From contig OZ004615.1 in the NCBI GenBank assembly GCA_963924565.1, forward strand, positions 17,360,001 to 17,424,000: DNA of 64,000 bases, given 5' to 3'. The notes under the pieces are model-generated. The model did not search any database. It was not told where the DNA came from and worked only from the letters and a program-made list of their open reading frames with translations. Within the stretch, counting starts at the first letter, position 1, and the number at the start of each line of letters is the position of its first letter. Source of the stretch: Ascidiella aspersa. Taxonomy: Eukaryota. Both the position numbers and the translations under genes were made by a program. Positions 35,293 through 46,600 of the stretch are shown in pieces.

Positions 35293-38184
35293 ATGTCTGT
35301 GATTTGTAATAATGTTCATCAAGTTTGGAGACACTCTTGTAGACCATTCTTTACTACTTCTATTTGCCGAAGTATAAGCGAAAACTATTCAGACACAAAA
35401 GACAAAAAGAATGCAATTTCTAACGGTCCTGGTCTTGAAGAATTTATTTCTGGAGAAGTGACTAAGACCGATAAATGGTCAAATTATTCTGGAGATCTTG
35501 TCAAGCAAAAAGGAACTAAGCGGTTTGTTGTTAGTAAATAGCAGAATTTTATATGTTGATTTCATACACTAGTTGTCAATTTTTGCTAATCTATAGCTAA
35601 ATACAGGCTGCGTTTGCCACCATGGTTAAAAACAAGTTATCCTGCTGGTGACAATTACAAAAGAATCAAACAAAATCTGCGAAAACTTAATCTTCACACA
35701 GTTTGCGAGGAAGCTCGATGTCCCAATATTGGTGAATGTTGGGGAGGAGGTGAACATCAAACTGCAACGGCTACTATTATGGTATGTAATATTTAAACCT
35801 CTCAACAATTTTTTTTTTTTTTTAATTTTATTATTTAAAACACATTTTGCTTGACATCGATATTGTCATTCATGGAATAGCTTGTTTCCAGTTATTGGGT
35901 GACACATGTACCAGAGGATGTAGATTCTGTTCAGTCAAAACTGCACGAAACCCACCACCACCTGATCCCAATGAACCAACCAACACTGCCCAAGCTATTG
36001 TTGCATGGGGCCTCGACTATGTTGTTCTCACATCTGTGGACAGAGATGGTGGGTTTGTTCTTACCATAATATTATTTAATTTAAATGTTTTTAAAATAAA
36101 ATTATAGCTTATTTGCAATAAGAACTCAAATTCCAAAATTGTTGTTTGACAACTTAATGTATTATGTCCTAGTTGTTGTTTTGCATTATTTTTACTACTC
36201 CTTAAATCCTGTTTAACTGTATATAGTTAATCTTTTTATGATTTTGTTGTAGATTTACCTGATGGAGGCTCACACCATTTTGCAGAGACAGTTCAGCATT
36301 TAAAAAAAGGTGCACCTAGTCTTCTTGTAGAGTGCCTAACTCCTGACTTTAGGGGTGACATGGAATCGGTGTCTGTTCTGGCCAAAAGTGGACTTGATGT
36401 GTATGCACATAATGTTGAATGTGTACGAGACTTTACATGGTAAGAAATATGCTTATTGTACTTTTTATACTTTCCACGGTGAATTTGGCTTAAAACCTCG
36501 CTAATAAAATGTTTTTAAAAAATTGGTGTTTGTTTCACTGGAATGCTTACAATTATTTGCTAAACTATATATAATTCCATGAGGCAAAGTCTTGCCATTC
36601 TTTCGGAGATTGCCATCAATATATGGAAACTTTGTTTTATCTTGCCATTTCATTCAAAACACTTTTATATTTACTCTAGTGTCCATGGCAGTATTGTTTT
36701 ATAATAACTATATACTGTATGTTGTTAGTTAATATTTATATACAATAAGGTTTGTACACTTTTTATTTGTAGCGCTATAAACAAGGTGTTATATATGTTG
36801 AAACCTGTTAACATAAAGCTAATGGGTTTGTAACCAGTTATATATATTTGTTTCATTGTTTTTAAAAATTGCCAAATTTTCTATTTTGAAAGAAACACAG
36901 CTTTCTAAATTTCTGCCACAAACTTATAGTAAAACAATACTGCACCTTGTGAACACATTGGCAGTAAATACAAAGTAGATAATATTTTTTTTATGTGTTG
37001 TAACGTTCTTGCTCAAGATTCCTTTCGATGCTGATATTCCCTGTTTTAGTCTAACTTGAAAGCAGTACATCACACATGTGAAACAAATCGTTTTACACAA
37101 AGTGACATGATATTTTTTAGCTGTTTATTTAAATACCAGATAAATTCAACATTAACAAAACATCAAACTTTCATGCATAGGTGATACACCTAAAGTAAAT
37201 ATAATTTCACAAATTTCAGTTAGTCTAAAATTTGCAAAACTATTATTTTTAAGTTCACATAAATTGCAAACACATCGCGTTTTACATAAAGGTTGGTTCG
37301 AGACCCCAGAGCAAAGTATGATCAATCTTTGGATGTACTTAGGCATGCCAAGAAAGCAAACCCAAATGTTTTAACCAAGTCCTCCATAATGCTTGGATTC
37401 GGTGAAACAGATGACCAGGTCATGCAAACCATGCAAGGTCTGTATGTGGTAGAGCACATTAACTGTTTTTTGATGATTTATTTGAATTGTTAAATTTAGT
37501 CCACAAACTGAACATTATTCTATCCAATTTGTTTTTCATCGAGGGACCGTAACAATCTCTTAAATTTCTCAAATGGTCTCTTAAAATATAGCCTAAATTC
37601 TGAACGGTCTCCTAAATATAGCTTAAATTTCCTAGAAAATAGCAGTTATTACTGAAGATAAAATTGCGGTACCTGAAAATATTTTTGCGGTACTTAAAAA
37701 AACCTTGTATGCCTATCAATTAATTTTGTATTGTGAGGCCTTACAGCTACAGTTATAAATCAGCAAACATTAATAATAATATATTATTTCAGATTTACGA
37801 GATGCAGATGTGGATTGTGTTACCTTGGGGCAATATATGCAACCGACCAAACGTCATATGAAAGTAGGAAATAATTTTTGTAACGGATATTGATAAAATC
37901 GGCCCATATAATTAAAACCCTTTATAATTCAGTAACTACAAATGAATTTCTTATAGTGAGAATGCAGTAGAAACCTACAGAATTCGTTAATTTATTACTT
38001 AATAATTTAATGTGACCAGGTGGCAGAATACGTGACACCCGCAAAGTTCCAGCATTGGGAAGATGTTGGAAAAAGTCTTGGGTTTCTTTACACTGCAAGC
38101 GGGCCGCTTGTTCGATCGTCCTACAAAGCCGGCGAATTCTTCATCAAAAATATTTTGGATCAGAGGCGGCAAAACCAAAGCTGA
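35293..38184 (+). CDS. LIAS: Lipoyl synthase, mitochondrial (376 aa)
   Basis: Exons 35293-35522, 35607-35781, 35892-36048, 36253-36439, 37292-37437, 37793-37863 and 38020-38184 total 1131 nt. Motifs: [12 protein letters not shown] (CX4CX5C auxiliary cluster), CTRGCRFC (radical SAM), LTSVDRDD, GQYMQPT, RSSY; basic/hydroxylated N-terminal transit-like peptide. Confidence 0.97.
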
Positions 38185-40169
38185 ACAAAGGTCCATTGCA
38201 GTCCGTGTGACAGGCAGCGGATTGCAGAATAAATTCTCGCGTTTTACCTAGTATATTTATTGGCTTTTGTTTGATGCCATTTACTGCCAGATATAGCCTA
38301 CCCTTTTCCATTATTTCTTACACTGCAATGCCGAGTAAAACTTTGGCGATCTACTTTTTTCAAGAGACAACGACTATAATTAATACCGATGAAACTTTGG
38401 CGATGAAGCATAGACTACAATCAATACCAATAATTTTTTTTTATTGGTGTTTAATACCCACTTCATCCAAGTGGTTGTCTTACATACGAAATTATATGTT
38501 GAAGTTGAATAATTGTTTTTCCGAAGGGTTGCTTCATTGTAACTTGCGCGTTGTAAGCATACCAAGTGTATTTGCACCTATAACTTGTCTTATACTGTGT
38601 TTCGCAAACCAATTTATTCTTCTCGTTGGAGAAGCCATGTAAAATGGCAAAACGATATACATAAATGGTTATTTTTACTGTATTTATTAATATTATTCGG
38701 CCCACTAGACGAATTTTATCTGCTATGCTTACTTTCCGGATTTGACTTGTAATGAAAACACTCTGGGCTCTGTAGCCGCTTCGAGGCCTTGGTCAGTGCT
38801 GTACGAGACCCAGAAAGTCACTGGTCGTACTCCTGTTATATTAATACACGATTCACTGTTAACTGACAGTCACCAAGTTCCGGTATGTTAAAATCTAACT
38901 TTTTTAGGGGCAGGTATAACGCGGTAAGAAACTCGTGTCTATCAATTTGTTGCAGTCTTCTGTTATGCACTAAAACGTGAAAGGCAACCCTCAATCTCGC
39001 CTTAGAACCCAAGGCGAGAATTCAGGTCCGTGAAGATCGATAGCATATGAATATGGATCCGATGTGAAATTGTAAACTCCGAACTGTATGAATGAATCTA
39101 AAATATTATGACTGGTCGAGCCATGTGCGAAAAAGCCAAACAAATGAGATGCATTCGTTTTCTCACAAGTAATGATTAGTTAAATATAAACCCATATATT
39201 TAATTACGAAAAGCTAAGTGTGGTATTGCTGCTGTGTTGTGTGGCGTTAGTGAAAATTAGGTATGTCGGATCGGAGCTGATCAATGCCAAAGTGGTACTA
39301 CCGCTACTCGTTCGATACTATGGAATCGGAAGCATTCCGATAACAAATTGATATTGCAATTTCAGCCAAGACGATGATTTTTACTTAAAAGGTAAATTTA
39401 TTAAGCAGTAGGTTAGTTAAACTGGAGGTATGTAACCTTAATTACGCTAAAGACAATTTGGTCTTAATAAATAACCAATGTTTGGCCTAAATTACCATCT
39501 ATTATGCTTGTTCGAGCACATAATGACGTCATTTATATCATATCGCTATACTTTTTGCCCAAAATATCGGGAATGTAGGCCGAAATAAAGTAGTAGTAGG
39601 CCTATGCCTATCAATTAACAGTAAACATACTAATCTGGAGTGCTTACTCCATTAGGCTTTCGCCGTCGTTATTACAATCTCAGGGACAATGAATAAAGAC
39701 TAATTGCGCGGTTTACCCACTGTTTGAAGGTTTACAAGCAGGCACTAAACTTTAATTCTAAGATATTTTAGTTGATCATCCTAGAACTGAGTTAGTTATT
39801 TGTATTCTGTGGTTAGACTCGCCATTGTTTATCTGCATCTACACAACCAAGTACATCCGCTCGCAGGTAGGTACCTTTCTCAAATAAACAGTTTCAATCA
39901 AACCACACTTTTTTGTTTCCTGTTATCAAATAAGTTTATTTCGAAAATATATATTTTTTAGGGAAAAAAAAGTGCGCTTAACTCTCACTAAACATTTTTT
40001 TCAATAAACAATTGAAGGCAGGTGATTTCCATAGGTCAGAAAAGACAAATTTAAGCATCCTCGAGTAGCGTCGTGCCAACATATAGGAAACCCTTGGCTG
40101 TTACTATTCGCTACTTCAACGGTCTTTCCGCAAAGCCCTAGGCTAAATCACGAATACATCCAATTAGGC

Positions 40170-40906
40170 CAGGGGTCGGCAACCTTTTTCCAGTCGCGGG
40201 CCAAAACCAAACTCAGAAAGGTCTCTGCGGGCCGCACAACATATGTTAACTGAGATTTCGTGTTATCACAATTTTAAAACAACTGTAACTTAGGCGGGCC
40301 GCGGATATTTTTGCACTTTGAAAACGTGCTTAATTACATTTAGGGAGGTAGAATGTTGGCAGAAAGCGCGAAAAGAGCGTTTGCTTGGTTTGAAATTCGA
40401 GTCCACACGTCGTCATCCCAACTACTAATGCAAAATTGTAATAAAACTACTTTGAATAAAAAACGCGATAATTTAACAGTTAATCTATTTGAGTGTTTGT
40501 AAACCATTTTAATCCGGGAACACCTAACGAGCGAAGCGAGCGCAATTTTTTTTTTGATATAACTTTTCTTTTAAATTTCTTGCGAGATTTTATTACATTT
40601 TCACAAAAATAATAGTTAAAAAAATTATATTGTCCAATATTTTTGAATACGTTTTCCGTTCGTCCGCGACTCACTTGGCAGCCTTCCACGGTGCAATGGT
40701 AAAGAAGCGCTGATCTAGTTTCAAACCAGCATTAGAACGTAAATAAAAACGGACGGAGAAAGAACATTCGGGCGAAGCGCGAAAATTTTTCGCATTTATG
40801 TAGTTAAAATAGTCAAAAAGTATTATAAATGGACTCGTGTCCAGTTTGTCCAAGAGGCGGCGGGCCGAATGAATTACATTGGCGGGCCGTAGGTTGCCGA
40901 CCCCTG
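40170..40906. mobile_element. hAT (Buster/Charlie-like) MITE, copy B
   Basis: caggggtcggcaacct...aggttgccgacccctg; perfect TSD aattaggc (40162-40169, 40907-40914). Confidence 0.92.
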
Positions 40907-41039
40907 AATTAGGCTATCGCTAGATGTTGAGAAGGAACATATTCTAATGGTCTGATATCTGTGTTTTCACACAATAAAGTATGTAGAAAACATTGTTGGG
41001 TTTTAGGGTCCCTAGAAACACTAAAAAGCCATTTTGATG

Positions 41040-41880
41040 CTTGTCGTATTTGAGGCTTTAAACAACTGCAAGGTTCGACATAATCGACAACTTGTCGTGA
41101 GCTCCACCGTCTCTGCACAGCGGTTGTACAGCGTTGTTGGTGGCTGCTTCGTATGACTCAGTACCCCGGGCGGTGCATAGGTTGTAGAAGTCCTGGTATA
41201 TATAATTTAAGTCGGTGTTTATGGGAGATGGATGGCCCCGCGCTTAGTCGATTGTGATCAAACGAAAGCGCTTCCAATCGGCCTTGCGAAAGTTCCATCG
41301 CCTTTTAGGTTTTCTCGGGACCGAAGCAGGGCTGCGGAGTCGGTTTAAAATAACCCGAGTCCGACTCCCGAGTTCGACTCCGGCCAAAAAAATAAACCCG
41401 AGTCCGACTACCGAGTCCCGAATCCGACTCCGGTCAAATGTGCGATTTTGTCGAGTCCCGAGTCCGGCCCGGACACTACAGCCCGTATTTCACCAATTTA
41501 CGTAACTAAAATAACGTAGATCTTCAATCCACCTATAGGGTTGTCGTATAATTCATTCACTCACAATACTTGGTTGGAAAATGTTCCGCCATATAATATT
41601 CCACCTTTACAATTTCCATTTGGCGGCCATATCAGTTTTAAAATTCGGTACTGCGCATGCGCATGTCGGACTCGGGACTCTGGTAATTTTACAAGGTCTT
41701 ACTTGAGTCCCGAGTTCCGAGTCCGACTCCAGCAAAAACAAACCGACTCCTCGAGTTCCGAGTCCCGAGTCCGACTCCGACTCCGCAGCCCTGGTCCGAA
41801 GTCACGATTTTGTCCGCACTGGCACTGTTCAGTGATCCTCGATGTTGAGTGAGGGGGATTTTGCCAGCACACTTCGTTTT
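41040..41880 (-). mobile_element. Decayed LINE fragment (endonuclease-RT linker) split by a MITE
   Basis: Minus-strand peptides QHRGSL... and PRKPKRRWNFRKADW lie either side of the 41327-41793 insertion; boundaries approximate. Confidence 0.55.
41327..41793. mobile_element. hAT MITE with (cgagtc/gactcc) subterminal arrays
   Basis: 17-bp perfect TIR cagggctgcggagtcgg; TSD gaccgaag / gtccgaag; truncated relative at ~13052-13185. Confidence 0.9.
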
Positions 41881-43151
41881 GGATGTGGCACTTAAGTCAC
41901 TATAGCAGTCGCCGCAAATGGTAGGTCCGTAATGTTTTCCACGTAACACCGGACAGAGTAAAACATTTCCTCGTCCTTAGGATAGCAGAACTTTAAATAT
42001 TGTACTCTTAAAAAATTGTTCGGTAGCATTTATGTGCAGTATCACACCAGTCGATTTTCAGGCATGCCACACCTTCAATGATTACGTCAAATGATGTACC
42101 GTAGTTATTACGTATGCTATAAAACTACTTTTTAAAACCGTAACTTCAGCTTGTTGTGCATAGCACATTTTAGCCAAATTTTGATACAATCCTAAACTAG
42201 ATTTTCTCTCTTTTGAATTTGGCCAATTTTAAAATGTGTTTTGTCATTTACTCGGGTTTATTTATCATACACTATAATTGGGGGGTCGCGCAAGTTATCG
42301 AAAACTTAAGGGGGGTCGCGAGAACAAAAAGGTTGAGAACCACTGATACAATGGCAAAAGCTAAACAAAAAAAGTTTAAACTTCTTGGCCCCCCAAAAAA
42401 ATTTTCGGCTACGCCACTGGGCAGAAGAGTGAGGCCGGTGTTACCTTGGCAGAATGTTATTCAAAGGGTTCTTTGGAGTAGGGTGTTAAAGTCTTTGATG
42501 TGATTAGCCAATCTTCTGGCTGATGTTAAAGCGCTGCACTGGTCCCACAGGGTTTTTCACCGTGGTGTCCTTGTCAATACATTTGCTTCACACTGATCCA
42601 CTTTGCGCAGAGAACCCCCGCGCCGTAACAGAGGGGCCACGTGTAAGCTGCATCGTTAAACTGAAAAAGCTAGACTATTTATGATTCGAACGTCGTTAAT
42701 ATTGTAGCAAACTGCGTTTTTTTCTCAAAAAACAGATCTTGGCTGTGAAAATACAACGGTTTTTAAAAAAAAGTCAATTTGCTAAGATGCAGAATGTTAA
42801 AACAATAGATGCAGAATGTTAAAACAAATACAAGTGGGTGGTGCGATCATGTTGGCCAGGCCTTGTAGTAATATATGACGACCTTTGCACATTGGACTCA
42901 GAGTCCGAACTGTGCTAATCCAAATTTTAATCCAACACTCGCGAGTCGCGAGCGATCAAATTTACATATTTTAAACGTGTCTAATGAAACCGATAACTTT
43001 TGATAATTAAATACCCCCAGCAAAATCAGTGATAACTGACAATTTAGCGACAAAGGCAATAAAGTTGGCATATAGAGAAATTTTATTTCCTACGTTACGA
43101 AGGAACGCTTTGCTACCGCTTTGCTTGATTGCGCATGTTGTTTGCCTAATA

Positions 43152-43192
43152 TGACGTAACATCACGCCACTGCAAGAAAGCCCTGTGATTGG
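43152..43192 (+). promoter_or_regulatory. Putative SREBP promoter module: CRE-like + SRE + inverted CCAAT box
   Basis: tgacgtaa at 43152-43159; atcacgccac at 43161-43170 (SRE consensus ATCACNCCAC); attgg at 43188-43192; ~470 bp upstream of the SREBP ATG. Confidence 0.65.
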
Positions 43193-43641
43193 TCAACAAT
43201 GAGTGGTCTCATTCTCTCAAGTATTACATCAACAATACTAGTTTCATCATACGTTTACTTTCCTTGTTAAATTTCGAGTTTTTTTGGCACGTGCAATTGT
43301 TCCGGTGGGAAAAATTAAATTAGGAGTGAACCGCTATTTTAATATATTTTATCTTTAGTTGGACAGTGTTTTAGTTGTGCACACTATAACACAACTGATG
43401 TGAAGTTCAACTATTTTTAGTCTAAATAATTTCGTTGGGATAACTATTCGAATAGTTTGGTCTTAATTAAGTCTGTTAATGGACATTGTTGGTTACACCA
43501 TTGTTATCGTATTAATATGTTTTAATACTAAGATAGTTAATTGTAAATCGTTTTTTGTTTCTAGACAAAAATTGTGCAATGGAGTAACAACATTAATTTA
43601 TTAATTTACCTTAGTCTGTTTTGCGAAGACACAACCAAAGC

Positions 43642-46600
43642 ATGGATTTGGATTCTTATGTTTGGGGTAAGCAGGCTGACGCGGTCCTTGACCCTTTTGA
43701 TGTTGATGAACTGGATCAACAGAGTTTAGGAAACTTCGATTCTGATGGATTTTTCTCGGATAGAGAACTCCTGGAAAACAACTGGGTTTCCGAAATTGAT
43801 GGTAAAATTGTTTTCCTGATTTTATATAAATTCGTTAAGTTTGTGCAGCTATTATTTTTTTTATTATATTTAAACCTGCAAAATTTGCGCTGATGTAGAA
43901 TCGCACCACTTTTTACAATAATGAAATGAGTTATCACAAATGAAAATGAAAGGAATAAATAAATATTGGAGATCAAATATAATAATAATACTTGACCCAC
44001 CTAAATGCTAACTTGAACCATAACCAAAATATTGTTAGTATTATAAACTCCTGGATGAAATGTGATAGCATTCTAGACCAGTGCCCCAATTTTTTTTTTT
44101 CGACTTAAAAGCAGATTCAGACAAAATCTTAGGGTACACGCATACACACCAACCTGTTGTTAAAAGCGTTGCATATGCAATACCATCCCGGAATCTAAAA
44201 ACAAACAAAGCGCCAGACTATATTGTATACATTTATTTTGGCAAAATTTCTTACAAAGTCACTACAAAAAGAGTGCCAAACAATAAAAACCAAAAAATGT
44301 CATTTCTTGAATGTTAACACATAAGAGACTAACAAGTGGTGTGGAGTTTGATTATTAAAGTACTATCCATTTTCCACAAGTGGGAGAATAGGCCTGTTCC
44401 CGCAGTTGGAAATTTAACGTTTGGTGAAAGGCTACAAAATTAATTTGGAACTAAGAAGTATGTTCTGCACATTCGGACTAGCGTTTCGGTTAGTATTTGG
44501 GTCAGGGTGGGTCATGTATTATTATATAATTTGTTATTTAATAATATTGCCTAACCTACCCAAACCCTAACCCAAATAATGTTCTTTGTGGTAAGATTCT
44601 AGACCATCGCCAAAGTTTCCCCAACCCTTTTATTCATATTGTAATTTTGCAGTTCCGTTACAGTAGTGCGAATTTCAAAGTTTGGCAAATAGCCTCTTTT
44701 TTCTAAAATTCAAGATCTTGTCAATCTAAAATACAATTCAGGCTTGTCCTAAGGGTACTGAAGGTTCCATGACAATGAATGTTTTCGTTTTGATTTACCC
44801 CTTTTCTATTCAGTTAAATTGATTCTTTGCTCAGATATCATTAAAGGAATGGACACCGATAAAACCACTGAGGAAGATCATGGAAGTCCAGCCATGAAAA
44901 ATTTGGGGCATCAAACCTTGAATGACCTATTAAACTTACCTGCCCAGCGCCCTATATCACAGCATATTGCAGCAACCACTTTGCTACCAGAAGCAAAGAG
45001 CAATGTTAGCCTTCCATCCCCATCCTCACCACCAGAAGCCAAACCAAGACTACAACCTGTGAGTAGCAGAAGTTTTAAAAATGGGGGAGATTTTTCATGC
45101 AGGGAAATCTTCCAGTTTGAGTTTGGTTATCGTTTTTAAATAATTTTATTTTTTTTTAAAAAAATTTTTTTTTAGTATATGATATTAGGCACTGGTCTAG
45201 AATCAGGGCTTTTGAGCCCCGGCCTGGTGCCGTGCATTTTCACCCGAGCAGGAGCCGGTGCCCTTCACAAAATTAAGAATTGTTGCCTGTTTGGTGCCAC
45301 CTTTTCTAACTAACCATTGTGGTGTTTTTTTTGTTTGTGTTTATTTTGAAACGCTAGATATTGCAAATTAAGCGTTCATCCTTAAACCTTAGTTTTTGAA
45401 TTAATGGAGCCGGACCAGTAGTATCAATACGCTCCGGAGCTGGAGCTAACTTCTGATAAAAGAGAGCTCCGGAGCTGGAGCCGGAGCAGTTTAGCATTTA
45501 CGCCTGTTCCAAAGCCCCGTCTAGAATCCTGCCACTTTTTAGGTACAGTGCTGCCAGATGTCAAAATTAAAACTGGTAGAACAAATATAAAAATACGACC
45601 AACTAAACCCAAATGCTAACCAGCGCCTTAACCGCAAAAAAATGAGTTGATTTAATAATTTATTTAACACTGCCCAAACTGGGATGAGCATAAAATATTT
45701 TTTTGTCTGTGAGGTTCTAAGCATTGCATTTATAGCATTTGTGTATAGCAAACTTCCAGCCCATTGCTCTAAAGGTATAGCTATTGATAAAAGTTCCAGG
45801 TCTGAAATCGCAGCAACCTTATTCCTTTTAGGTGAACCCTGGCTGTACATAAAAATTGTTGTTTTGTAAATACATATATTTCTGTTATTCTTTTAAGGGT
45901 TATGCTGTCCCAACAGCTGCTGTTCTACCAATGCAGCAACATCAAGTGAAAGCTCCTCTAAGCCGCGGGTCTTCAACCTCACCTTTCCCAGTGGCTGAAA
46001 GACAAACCATGGCTGCAAGCCCTAAAGTGAAGCCCATGATTTCCAGCCCCAAACTTCAAGTAATAATTTTAGCACTAAATATGCTTTCCTTCCTATAATA
46101 TGACATATTAAATATATGCCTACTGAAATGTTAAGATTGCTTTAAGAGATATATAACAACTTACTGTTTTTGGTTTATAAACATTTTTAGATATTTGTTA
46201 ATATTGCTACATTATGGATCAAATCTTTCATGTTGTTTAGATCCTTCAAACTTTTTAATAAAATTAACAAAATATTTCACTTTAATTTACAGAGATTACT
46301 GATCGCTTCTTCACCAAACACCCAGCAGCAGCAACAACCCAGTTCACCACCTTTGTCACCAGAAGTGGTTGTTGGTATGCAGCAAGCTCAAAACCAGTTA
46401 AATACTTCTGGAACTATTACGGTAAATCAAATTTAAAAAAAAAATTAAGATCTCTTTCTGTTTAGCTCAGACATATTTATAGTTAAAAATAGAATAAAAA
46501 CAAAAAATTAAAATGTTGCAAAATTGTTGTTATGAAAACATCTGTCAATAGGTTACCCGAATTAAACATTTTTACTTCACAGATTCCAGTCTTAGCTGCG

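Noticed and set aside
38320-38335. miR-33 target site in the LIAS 3' UTR
   Set aside because: Only caatgc (offset 6-mer); no CAATGCA seed match.
38764-38840. tRNA/SINE-head-like sequence
   Set aside because: A and B boxes are degenerate and no cloverleaf forms; cannot be called.
42510-42660. Degenerate tRNA-derived SINE
   Set aside because: Only short resemblances (ttaaagcgctg, gtgtccttg); no boundaries or TSD.
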